Positions 46,303 through 58,178 of a DNA stretch of 64,000 bases are shown here, piece after piece. The notes under the pieces were generated by a model. That model searched no databases, was not told the DNA's origin, and was given only the letters and a program-made list of their open reading frames with translations. This DNA is from Tubulanus polymorphus (Eukaryota; Animalia; Nemertea), in contig NC_134028.1 in the NCBI RefSeq assembly GCF_964204645.1, positions 12,323,263 to 12,387,262 on the forward strand. The letters run 5' to 3'. Position 1 is the stretch's first letter. Each line of letters starts with the position of its first letter. The position numbers and the translations under genes are program-made.

Positions 46303-49300
46303 TAACCATAAGGTAATGTTTTTATACCATCATCTGAAATATGCCTTTTATCATCAAATGGATTTAAACTAGTTTTTTCAACTTCATTAATGTACATCTC
46401 ATGATCTTCTGATCTTAAACAATTCATCTTGTGTTTCATTACAATTGATTTATATAAACACTTTATATAATCTTGAAATTCTATATGTTTATCAACCACA
46501 TGTTTTGTTATTCCTTTTAACTTTTTAGCTTCATGATCTTTTGTTCTGTAACTATACATTTTACTTCTTATCCCAACAAATTCAATCATTTCATCACCTC
46601 CTAATTCATCTTTAAATTTACCAGGAATCTTTTTATTATCATTGCTAAATAGTTCATGATCTTTAGGATAATTGCTAAAATCAAAATGATGTTTTAATGT
46701 TTTTAAGTCTTTTGTTATGTCATTTGTCTTGATTTTTAGTATGTAGGCGTCAGTATTGACCGCTATTAATGGAAATCCACAGTTAAATGTACCATCTTCA
46801 GTTGATAAATCATAAACATAATCTGTTGGGTTATATATTTCAAATAAATCTTTAACTTCTTCAGTTAACTCATTTTCTACATGGCTTAAATTAAAGCAAT
46901 TTGGTTTAGATTTAATCAATCCAATATTCATATTGAAGCCTAATGAATTACATAATATATTTAATCCTGATATAGCAACTTTTCCTTTTTGAGCAAAGGA
47001 TATTGTTTTGCGGTTTTGGAAACTTTTTGAACCATCTGCTGCATAGAATCCAATGAAGAACCATTTTCTTAAATTATTTTTTGCATTTAATACATAATCT
47101 GGAACTATCTTTTCTTTTGTCGAAGTATTACTTTTCACTATTGCATGAATATAGAATTCATCATTATATTCTATAGCAAAATCTTTAGGATTATTTACAA
47201 GTATTCTATAAACTGCTGATGATTTCATAACATCTATGATTTTGAATGTTTTATTTGGATAAACTTCTTCACAGAATTTCTTAAATCTTTCTAATAATTT
47301 TAAGTCTTGATTGCATAAATACCAACAATATTTAGTTCCACTAACATAATTATACACACCTGCTGAACCATCACCCATGAAAAATCCTTTGATAAAATAT
47401 TCTTTTTCTTCTAATGTTTCGGGTTCTATATTATAAATATTATCAATTATTTCATCAAATGACATATGATTCATTCTTGGGTAAAATCTCTTATGTAATA
47501 ATTCATCTCCAATTTTTATATCAATTGGTTTTATTTTATCACCATTTCGTTTAATTAAACTATGATCTTCTGTAACATCTACAAACCCTAATTTAGTTCT
47601 AACTCTATAGATTTTCTTATTTGTTTTATGCCTAATAATATTCTTTAATTTTTTCCATCCATTTCTTGTCCAAACATCCATTAAACCATTTATTTGTATT
47701 AATTCTTTTTCTCCATATGAAATATAACATTCATTTTGTTTTGGAATTATTTCTGAAATTCTTCTTACCAATATTTTATTATTACATTTTAATAATATTG
47801 GGGTGTCGGCCGTTACAGAATCGAAGTACAGAATTTCTATATGTTTTTCCCCAAACAATGGTTGTAAAACATTATAATAAAAATTATACATTAGTAATTT
47901 TGATATTTCCAAAACAGTTGAACCTATAAATATAGGTTTATTAAATTTTAATGATGTTCTTTTTAATTTTACTGCTGTTAAATAATCTTCAAACCTTTTA
48001 TTTCCTAAATGTCTAGGACTTGATTGTAAATGTCTTAATCTTTCAGAATTATTTACTAATTCAATATCATTTCTATTTCTAATATTTTCACATGTTTTAC
48101 CATAAAAACTATTATTCATTAATTTAAAGAAATCTTTTTCAAAATCTGTTTTTGATATGGTTCTCTGTTGAGTATTGAAATCTATATATTTTTCTAACCA
48201 CTTCGATTGATTAAATTCAATATATCTATGTACTTTCTTTAATTTCATTCCTTGTTTTAGATAAAATTTTAACATTCTATAATGAACAATATAATTGTAT
48301 TTATTATTTTGAGTAAGTATGAATTTTTCTGTAAAAACATGATCTTTCGGTTTTATTTTCTTCTGGTATTCACTTAAATAACTATCATCTACAGTTAAAT
48401 GTTCTGGGCAATAAGGTAAGTTTCTTGTTTTAAACTTTATATTTTCAGGATATTCTAAATCAACTACAAAGAAATAACCAATTGGTGCTTCATCTTTTAA
48501 ACTAATAATTGCGCTTTCCCAATCAGTTTTATCACCATTTTCAACTTCTGTTAATATAAAATTTTTATATGGTTGAGGTTGCATCATTGCCCAACCATAT
48601 AAATTATTGGCGTCAATATATAATAATTTATATTCATCATTTGCTTTAAAATACCTATCTCCCATAACACCACTAATTCCACCTCTAATTGATTTTTCAA
48701 ATAATAAAACCATATCTGGTTCTTTTAATAAATCTAATTCTACATTTGTATATTTTAAACCACATTGCCAGGTTAAACCAGGACTAGAGTAGCAATAACA
48801 AGGATCAACATTAAAATGATTCAAATTAACTTCTCTAAATTTTTCAAATATGTCAGCCAATATCATAACATCTGATTTCAAGTATAAATCTACTAATTCA
48901 CCCTGATTTTCTACCTTAAAATGATTCCAAATATTCAATGTTCTATTAAAAACTTCATCTTTCACATACTCCTCTTTTAATTGATCATAAAATTGTTCTT
49001 TTAATAATTCTGTTACATTAAAATCATCATGTGTTTTATAAAATGAATAAGGAATTGCGCCTTTATATCTCAATAATTTAAAATCTTGTTCATTTGGATA
49101 ATAATGTCGAGTTATTAAATCATTATCAACTATACTTTTTGCTAAATTATCTAATGAACTTGCTTAAAATCTATAAGAATCTAAAAATCTAATGCAACCA
49201 AATTGAAATGAAATATTATTTTCAGATGTCTTAGCTAATAGTTTAAAATCATATTTTCTTACATTTGCACCATTCATAGCATTATATTCTTCTATTTCTT

Positions 49301-51464
49301 GATTAATTGCGCCCAATTTTCCTGATAATTTTTTTATAAATAGATGGGTATCATAGCCCGATAGATTATGAAAAAATATTTTGTTACGAAATTAACTTTC
49401 TTAGCTTGTAAATTACAATCTTCATGAGCAGCTCCGCGGTATTTTCAATTTAAATGATCATGATCTCTAACTTTTTTATCAAATGAATATAAACGTTTTT
49501 CACAATAACAACAATGAGTTGCATAATTAAAATCAATTTCATCTTCTTTTGTCATAACTATTCTTTTATTTTTGTTTAATGATTTTGCAAAATCACTTTC
49601 TATTTCAATTATTTTGTTACAAAAATCATTCACTACATCTTCACCTCTAAGAGAAATATATTGACTTTCGTATAATTCAGGATAATTTGATTTTATGTAA
49701 ATTCCATAAGCAGCAGCTCTTTGATGAACTTTTTTAATTGTGTTTATCATTGGTGGATCTTGATTTATGTCTTCATTTAATTCATTTCCTTTATCCATTG
49801 ATTTTAGAAATTGCTTTTTATTGTATATTTCTTTTCTATCTTGATCAGTTAATTCTTTATTCAACGATTCAAAATCCCCATAAATAACAAATGGAACAAC
49901 ATTTTTAAATTTGTGATTAGTAAATTTCAACTTACAATCTTTTTTTGTTGGCATTATTAATTTTCAAAAATCTTTATTATCACATAATTCTTTATGTTTT
50001 ATTAATGTATTCTCAGCCGTGAATTTAGATAAACATTTTCTACATAGATAAAATTCAAAAATCTTTATTATCACATAATTCTTTATGTTTTAATAATGTA
50101 TTCTCAGCCATGAATTTAGATAAACATTTTCTACATAGATAAATTTTATGATGATGATCACTTTCTGTTCTAAAGAATAAATCAATTTGTTTTAACCACA
50201 TATAATGTTCATTTTCATCTTTTTTGTAATATAACAAATATAATAATTAATAGCATTTTCATCATCATAATATTCTGTTAAATATAAAGCTTCTAATGTA
50301 TAATCTTTAATATTTTCACCTTTTGTCGTTGGTAATTGCATTAATTCGAATACATTTATTTTTAAATTATTAACTTTTTCTATTTTAGGAATCATTTTTA
50401 TAGTTACTGGATATTGATCAATTTTATATAATGTTTCATATTTCCGGTAATCTGTTATTCTAAAACTATGCGTAATATCTTCTGTTGGGTGTAAGCAACT
50501 AATAATTGACCATAGAAAACATTTATTATCTTCATTTTGAACATTTATTACTGCTTTTGTTGTAAATGGTAATTTGATATAACTTGATGCTTTAATATCC
50601 TTTTCTGTTGTAAAGTTTGAATCATTTTTAAACATTGTTTTACTTTTTGATGTTTTATTCATTTTTGTATTATAAACATTTAAATCTAAAAATATGATTT
50701 CATTCAATGTTAAACCAGAACCCTCAAAATATCTTTCATCAATATGACGTTTAAATTCATTAAATATTTTTTCTAACTTCTCTTTTATTTGTGTTTTTGA
50801 AATTATTTCTTCAGAGAGTGTTTGAATATCATAATCCATTTTATCTTTTGACTTTAAAAAACTTACTTTCCCAGAGATACAAATTTTTGGATATTCAACA
50901 TCCGTTATCAAATCTAGTATTTTTTCTGCTATTTCATTAAATTCACAATAATCTTCTATTGCTGTACCTTTAAAAAATCTAAATATAATAGCTGCAGGAC
51001 CAATTTTACTATGTAATGTTTCTAAAATTTCAATTGTATCTTTTATTTCTAGTGAATCGATATAATTTCTAACATTTTCCATGTAAGGTTTATTTGAAAT
51101 GGATTTAGTTTTTGAAGTTGGTTTTTTTTACTTGTTGAGGTTTATCATCGAAATAATCTATTCCTAAAACATTATTACTCAAATTTTGATGGTGTTTTTG
51201 TGATTCGAGATGTCTTTTATAATTCCTATTACTATAAATTCATTACAAACTTCACATTTTATTTCATCCACATTCATATCATCTTATCGTTCTTTTCTTT
51301 CATTGGAATTTTCTGGAGTTTCATAATCTATTACATTTTTTATGAATTTATGATTTGCAGATTTTTCATGACGCGATTTTTGAGATTTATCAATGTATTT
51401 TTTACAATATTGACAATAATATTGATTTTCATTAACATCAATCAATTGTCTTATTCTCTCCCAA
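46299..51464 (-). pseudogene. polB: Protein-primed PolB with intein, copy 2 (C-terminal 924 codons open, N-terminal part frameshifted, start mutated)
   Basis: Exonuclease and polymerase motifs as in copy 1. ~91-bp tandem duplication at ~49964-50145. TAAATG changed to TAATTG. Confidence 0.93.
46755..47819 (-). mobile_element. Intact 355-aa intein with LAGLIDADG homing endonuclease
   Basis: In-frame insertion YFD|S...N|TDA. Block A SVTADTPILL, block B VDVTEDHSL, blocks C/E FIKGFFMGDGS and FFIGFYAADGS, block F YVYDLST, block G LIAVN/T. Confidence 0.93.
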
Positions 51465-51469
51465 TTATA

Positions 51470-51803
51470 AGGAAAAAAAATTACTTGTGGTGATGAGTGG
51501 GGATTACTTCCCCTTGTATATAACAAGCACGCAATCGTCCGTTCTCATCCAAGCCTCACAGCATCTATTTATCCGAGCACAGCTGACGCGCAATCACTGT
51601 ACTACAGTAATAGCACGCGTGTTAATAACCGTTCTCGGTAGCACCTCGCTGTATCGATCTATCCACGCGCAGCTGTTGTTGCGCAATCACTGTACTACAG
51701 TAATAGCAAACGCGCTAATAACCGTTCTCGCTAGTGCCTAGCTGTGATGAGAGGTGTCTCGACCTCACGACCTCTGGTATGAAAGCCTACTTTTCCCATT
51801 ACT
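51470..51803 (-). repeat. Right TIR of copy 2 including a ~250-bp GC-richer insert
   Basis: TIR core flanks a block that also occurs at ~33765-34005. Confidence 0.8.
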
Positions 51804-52785
51804 TATATTTTTGTTTTTCTAAATAATCAATTGTTAAATTAGATAAAGTAACTGCTAACGTTAATTTTAAAATATCATTGATATCAAATCTATCAACATT
51901 AACACTTTCCATTTTAGATACTTTTTTTAAAAATACCATTGAATAACCAACAGTTCCAACTGATAGTAAGGCACCATTATATAATCCAGTTATTATCCAC
52001 TTATTATCACTCATTTATTAATAAAAAAAAATTACTATCTTCAAAATATTTAGTTATCTTACTTATGATTATTTCAACATTTATAATATTATTAGTTTCA
52101 TTTTCATATATTTCAGTTATTATTTCTTTAATATCATTAATAATAAAATCTTCACCTAATTCATAAAATCTTAAAGACTCTCTAAATAAATCGGTAATCT
52201 TTTCTACATTAAAAGTTTCTTTATCTATTGTTTTTTCAAAATCAAATGTTGTTTCATTGGAAAATGCAATATTTTTAATATGTGTATACAATTTATATCA
52301 TTAATATCAAATTTCATTTCTTTCTCACGTTTAAAATCAAATCCAAAACATATACTCGGTCCTACTGGAATATTCATTTATATAATGAAAAAATTACTCT
52401 CTTCATCTTATAACTAATTCATAAATTACAGGAAAGTTATTCAAATCAATTAAATAACCATTATGATTTCTTATTTCTAATTTGAAATTATTGAAATGTG
52501 GAATACAAGGTTTAAAATCACATTCAGCTAAATTATAATTTATTTGCGTTCCAAGTTGTTTAACATTTTTTAATGGTAAAGTATTTAATATACTAGAATT
52601 ACAAATTGTATCTTTAGTTGCTTCAAATGTTTTTGTAGGATCAATTAAATTGCAATAAATATAAAAGTGTGTAAAAGTCATTAAATTTGTATAAGTTTCA
52701 ATACTTGAATAATCTCTATCTGGAAGAATTCCACACAGTTTAGCTAAAGGTTTTTTTACTAGAAATCTGTGTTGTTCATTAGTTA
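51804..52785 (-). mobile_element. Fragment of another copy (73-aa gene, 113-aa gene, 3' half of penton) into which copy 2's terminus is inserted
   Basis: The 73-aa gene is cut at ...EKQKY| by the TIR. The penton sequence is of the copy-3 type (LTNEQHRFLV). Confidence 0.85.
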
Positions 52786-54342
52786 GAGTTTTCTGACTTT
52801 CGTCGAAAACCCCCTTGTAATTCTGTTGATTATTATTATTATTTACATATTCGAATACTGGTGAAACCATGCATTCAGGCAGGACACATATCAGTACAGT
52901 GGCGGCGCGCAACAATTGTTTTATTAATGAAACAACATGGTGGATGGTTGAAATCATTTTCGGCTTAAATTTATCGCGAGTTTTAGGACCTTAATGAATT
53001 TCACGAAACCGTGATTTCTAAAATGACTCAAATAATTAATTCTATCCGTAAATCAATTTACGTTGGCTACATTTCCTGAAGATTTCGGGCTCAAATCAAC
53101 GTGATATGGACAGAAATTGTAGGAATTTTTCACACGTAATTTTACTTCCGCGTTCAGTTGACGACTCGGATCGATGACAACGACAGCGGAGTTAATGTAT
53201 TTGAAGGTGAGAATCCGTTAACCAGGGAATGTATTAAATGATTTCTTTAATAATATGAGTATGGTAGCAAATGAGTACTCGGTGAAGCAATGATCATTGT
53301 TGGCTACGTACTTAATGCCTAGCTTTTTGGGGGAATGCGCCTAGAATAGATTTAGGCCCTAAATATAGTGGGTAGACCCAGTCAGTGGAATGCCTTAATA
53401 GCAGCTAGTTATGGCCTGGTTTACACTGAATGTGCACGACAATATATTTTGATTACGTTCTTTCCAGCTATTATTCGTGGAATGAACTGGTCACTACGGT
53501 CTTCAATTCCTTTGCGGATTCTTGCAGGAATATATTCAAACCACAGTGCGGAAATGCATGTTTCAAATTAGGCTTTTTCGACATTGACAGCCAAAGACAT
53601 AACTTAACGCTCTAACTGAAGCACAACTGTGTTAGACGCTGTAAGTACTTGACGTTTTGCGTAATTGTTTTTTTTTTCTAATTCAATATTTGGATTAGTA
53701 ATCAGTCGTGCTAACATACATGCAGAATTGGATTCATTGTTATTATGGGATGATAATTCATGGGCGTCAAGTGTCGACATACCCTTGATATGAAGCTTTA
53801 CCAATGCCACGTGGCTTGGTGTCTATGCTCTACGAGACTGTAGTAATAGATTTTCACTACAAATTCATGATTTAAATTAGTCTCCTAAGATATTATATTT
53901 TATTTCGCTCCTCAACTAAGTAATTCTTACATTTGATTGCTAAATTACAGATTGAAAGAGGTCAGATGGCATGAAAATCGACTGTGGCTGACTAATTGGC
54001 GCGAGTAATCAAAATGCTTCAATCATCAGGGGTAGACAAATTAGCCGAAGATGAATGAAAACTTCACCATGATGATCATCAGTTGATTTTGCTGTAATTA
54101 TTTGCCTGGATATATCCTTCATTTCAAAATCTGTCTTCAGTAGAATTTTTTTCATTTAAATATAAATTTATTTGACTAATTTTTATGTATTGAAGATTGA
54201 ATTTGAATTGATCTTAAAACCAGAGAAAGCATTCAGAAATTTAGAAAATCCTTGACTCATAATCAAATTCTGTGAAGTCAGTTAAGGTCTTTTTGCTCGA
54301 ATCAAGCCGAGGGCTCAGGTAGCTAAAACTCAATTCCTCACT
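52786..54342. repeat. Non-Polinton insert, probably a Helentron/HINE-like element
   Basis: Abrupt rise in GC. Begins with hairpin GTTTTCTGAC-TTTC-GTCGAAAAC plus (ATT)n and ends ...AAAACTC...CACTAGT. No credible ORF. Confidence 0.4.
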
Positions 54343-54437
54343 AGTAATAGGAAAATGGCGCTTTCAGATCAGGAGGTCGGAGGTCGAGCTCACTAAACCT
54401 CTCTCCCTCTAAAATGAAGCCTAAATTCCCTATTACT
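54343..54437. mobile_element. 95-bp miniature element with two Polinton-type termini
   Basis: AGTAATAGGAAAATGGCGCTTTCA ... TGAAGCCTAAATTCCCTATTACT. Confidence 0.6.
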
Positions 54438-54728
54438 CTTAATAATTTCATATAAATGAACATTATTTACATGAATTTCACTTATTTTAAAAACATTTAT
54501 ATGTTAATTACAAAAGTGTGAGTAAATTGTGAGAAATAATTCATATTTTAACAGATTTCGAATAAAAATATAAGTAAAATAAATGGATAATTAAAAGAAT
54601 ATAAAAGTGTGAGTAAAGTGTGAGTGAAATAACTCATTTCATACCAGAGTACGAGACACCCGTCACAACTTTCATGGTGATATTCAATTAATTAAAATTA
54701 AATTATTTTTTGCTTTTTTTCTAAAATA

Positions 54729-55584
54729 TTAATCCATTTTTCTTATGTCAATTTTGGAATTTCAGAAGTATTTTCATTTTTGATATGAATTTTATTTGAT
54801 TTCTTATACCAACTACACCCAATCAAAATACAATTACAAATCCAGCTGTAAAATATAGATATTTATCAAATATTCTATTATAAGAAGGAGTAGAAATAAC
54901 AATATTTTCACCATTTTTATTACTTATTTTTTCTTTTACAGCTTTTTTATATTCTTGTGATTTAATTCCTAATTCCTAATTGCCGAGACCATTCAATTTG
55001 TTTCGGAGTTCTCGGTTTTTTCTTCACTTCTTCCACCTTGTTCATTTATTATAGAAATATTTTTACTTTCAATATTTGAAAATGTTATAACTCCAGTTGA
55101 TAATAATGTCATAAATCCACCTAATTGAAATGATAAATATCCAATCCATTTATTTAATTCAGTCATAACTAAATAATCATTATTTAAATCAGCATATAAT
55201 CTATTTTCATCTTGAATTGGCAGCATATAATTACATAATTTACTATAACCTTTTACTACATTTTCTGATATCGCATCATTAATTCTAGCTGTTCTCACGG
55301 TTTCATAAATCTTAAATAATCTAATGATTTCATCTGATTTCATTGTATTTAATTCATTATAAGTTAAATTTTTACCGATAAAATTTTTACATTTTCCTGG
55401 CGCTAATAATATTTCTAATTGATGTTTGCAATAAAGATAATATTCATAATTATTATTTGTTGTAACATTTATTTAAAGCACCATCATCTGGAGTTAATTT
55501 TGTTTCTGTTATTCCTAAATCATCTAAAGTTTTTTCAATTGGAACATCACCATTTTTAGATCTTATTTTCTTTTCACCTCCCAT
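54729..55584 (-). pseudogene. Two membrane-protein genes of copy 3
   Basis: Disrupted homologs of 35545-35916 and 35849-36454. Confidence 0.7.
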
Positions 55585-55791
55585 TTATATAACAAACAAA
55601 TTAGTTGTGTTGTTGCAACTAGAATTCCACTAGAATGTAACTAGAATTCAACTAGATTAACAAGCTAGTTGAAATATTGTTGTTTTTATTTATTTCTTGT
55701 TAAATCTAGTTGATTTTTGTTTCAACTACTAACAACTAGAATTCAACTAGAATGTAACTAGAATTCAACTAGATTAACAAGCTAGTTGAGT

Positions 55792-56400
55792 TTAAATAAA
55801 TTCATATTTAAATGGGTGTTGTAATCTAAATAGTAATTTTGATCTTTTATTATTTTTTAATTTATCCATATATTCATTATGTAAATCATGTGGAATAATA
55901 TCATTTTCCTCAAGCGCATTTTTCATCGATTTTCTATCTTTGTTATAAAATAAAACTAGAAATCTTATTTTCTCCCAAAAATCTTTAACAATTGAATTAT
56001 ATTTTTGATTTAAAACCCATGTTGTCATCCCAAAATGTCTCCCAGAGAAAGCTAAATAACATAACTCACTCTCTCTAATTTTTGAATCATGTAGATTAGC
56101 ACAATCATCTATAATGAATAATGTATTTGATCCTTTATAAATATCAATTGCTATTTCAATACAATTATCTAAATTTTCTATAACTGTTTTAGGATCTAAT
56201 ATAATAAATTTATTATTTCTAGTAATATTTCTATCATAAGTTTGATAAAATTCATATGTTGGACAAAATAATACTTTATTATCAAAATAGTTTTTATAAA
56301 TAATTTCTAATAAATTTAATATAAAATAAGTTTTTCCACAATTTGTTACGCCAGAAATTAACATATTATGAGGTTCAAATATAAATAATTCCTTATTCAT
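55792..56400 (-). CDS. Packaging ATPase, copy 3
   Basis: Full-length ORF with GVTNCGKT and FIIDD. Confidence 0.88.
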   Translation of the reverse strand: MNKELFIFEPHNMLISGVTNCGKTYFILNLLEIIYKNYFDNKVLFCPTYEFYQTYDRNITRNNKFIILDPKTVIENLDNCIEIAIDIYKGSNTLFIIDDCANLHDSKIRESELCYLAFSGRHFGMTTWVLNQKYNSIVKDFWEKIRFLVLFYNKDRKSMKNALEENDIIPHDLHNEYMDKLKNNKRSKLLFRLQHPFKYEFI

Positions 56401-56410
56401 TTATATATTT

Positions 56411-56842
56411 TTAATTTTTTCTTGATAATATCCATTCATTACATTTATCTGGCCATCCAACCCATTTTACTAAAGAATATTTTTTTCTTTTAACAGTTTT
56501 TGTTTTTAATACTTTTTCAATTTTATATTCTTGTTCTGGATTTTCAGTAGTTAAACTCAATTCTTCTTCATAAAAATACCCATCAACTTCTTCACCATCT
56601 AAATCTTCTAATTTATAGACATATGGTTTTGTTGTTATTACCTTTTTTATTTCCCTAGTAAAATTTCGATCGTATCGTTTATCAAATATCTTTTTATATT
56701 TAGAAATTCTCTTATCTAATTTATCTTGTTTTACTTGGTGCCATATATTTTTTACAGAAGAATAAGCAACCGAACTCTCAGGGTTGTAACATAGATCTCT
56801 TAAATATTGTTCTTTAGTATTAGGAGTTTTTTTATCCCCCAT
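56411..56842 (-). pseudogene. Integrase with the catalytic core deleted in frame, chromodomain retained
   Basis: KQDKLDK is joined directly to RISKYKK. Confidence 0.85.
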
Positions 56843-56872
56843 TTATATATCGTTAATTTTAACTTTATATTT

Positions 56873-58178
56873 CTAATATTGAATACTTTCTAATTAATAT
56901 TTCTAATATTGAATACTATCTAATTGAGAATTTACAATATTTAATTGCGCGTCAGATATAATATAAATGTGCATTTTGAAATTTAAATTTAATTTAAATT
57001 AAAAATTTAAATTTAATTTAAACTTTTCTTTTTCATGAATAATTGTATTCCATCTTTAGTGTTCTGTAGTTTTTCCCCAGAACCATGTTATAAATTATCT
57101 TCAGTTGTTCTGAAATCTAACCATAATGCATATTTATTGCCGGTATAATAATCACTTTGATTAATATTACAATTTTCAGATGATTTTACTTTTTCATTCA
57201 TAAAATGTTTTCTAATTTCTGGCCATTGATCTATCTTCTCATTCCTTGACAAAATATTTTATTTGCTTTTCCTTCGATAGTTATTTCTACTTTTCATATT
57301 TCAGGATTATAATAATTATCAACATTTATTGCGCCATTAGAATATGTTGCAATGGTAAAAAAATATTAATACGCCTTTAATAGATCTTCTTGGGAAGTTA
57401 ATATTCTCATTAATTATTTCATCATTTGCATTAATAGTTACAGTTTTAAATTTATCAATATAATCATATAATAATGAAAATCCTTGATTGTATTGAGTTT
57501 GAATTGAGTTAGCAATATTTTCATCAGTTACTGTATCATATTCTAAACATATATTCGATAATTTATAACCCATATCTTTAACAACGCTAGATAATACAAT
57601 TTCATTTACAGGAGCGAATGTTATTTCGAATATAACATCTTCTTGAATTGCGTATTTATATAAAGGTGCATTATTATTTATCAATTCAAAATCTAATGGA
57701 ATTTTATATTTGCTTCCATAAATCTTTTTAATCAAATTATCTTCGTCATTAGTTACTACTGCATTTATGGCTTCAGATCTTAATTTATTTTGGTTTCTGA
57801 TTGGATGCCTTGAAATATCATATTATTTCTATTTTCTTTAGTTAACCATAAATCTTTATAATGCGTAAATAAATTATAATCATCTAATGAGAAAAATGTT
57901 TCTGGACCAATCTTTATAGTTAATTTTTTAATCAAATATCTTCCAACATTATCATCAACATAATTATTATTATTACCAGTTACTTTTATATCAGCTGATA
58001 AATAGATACTATTTGGAATATAAAAAGTATTTTGTGTTAATCTAGGGATTCTAACATATAAAGTTTCATCGGGATTAATATTAGAAGGATTATGAGTAAT
58101 TATATGATGTGATCTTTCTGCTTTAATAGCATTAGATATTCTAGAATTCTTAGAAGGACTTATATAACTCCCACTCAT
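56873..58178 (-). pseudogene. Major capsid protein candidate, copy 3
   Basis: Frameshifted homolog of 38515-39762. Confidence 0.7.

Larger units (their letters stand above)
34908..51803 (-). mobile_element. Polinton/Maverick-like endogenous virus, copy 2 (16.9 kb, both termini present, mostly intact)
   Basis: Termini AGTAATTAGAATATGTGGGTTTCATACCAGAGG (34908) and ...CTGGTATGAAAGCCTACTTTTCCCATTACT (51803), with the full gene set between them. Confidence 0.95.

Noticed and set aside
46755-47819. Hedgehog-type Hint domain or intron instead of an intein
   Set aside because: The insert is in frame, has a C-terminal Asn/Thr junction and an internal LAGLIDADG pair, and its precise removal restores the polymerase motif.
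17423-51803. One giant composite element bounded by the two most similar TIRs
   Set aside because: Flanks ACCATT and TATATT are not a TSD, and the right flank is another Polinton gene rather than host DNA.
52403-52957. 184-aa ORF as a novel penton fusion gene
   Set aside because: Chance read-through from the inserted repeat into a truncated penton, with no TAAATG start.
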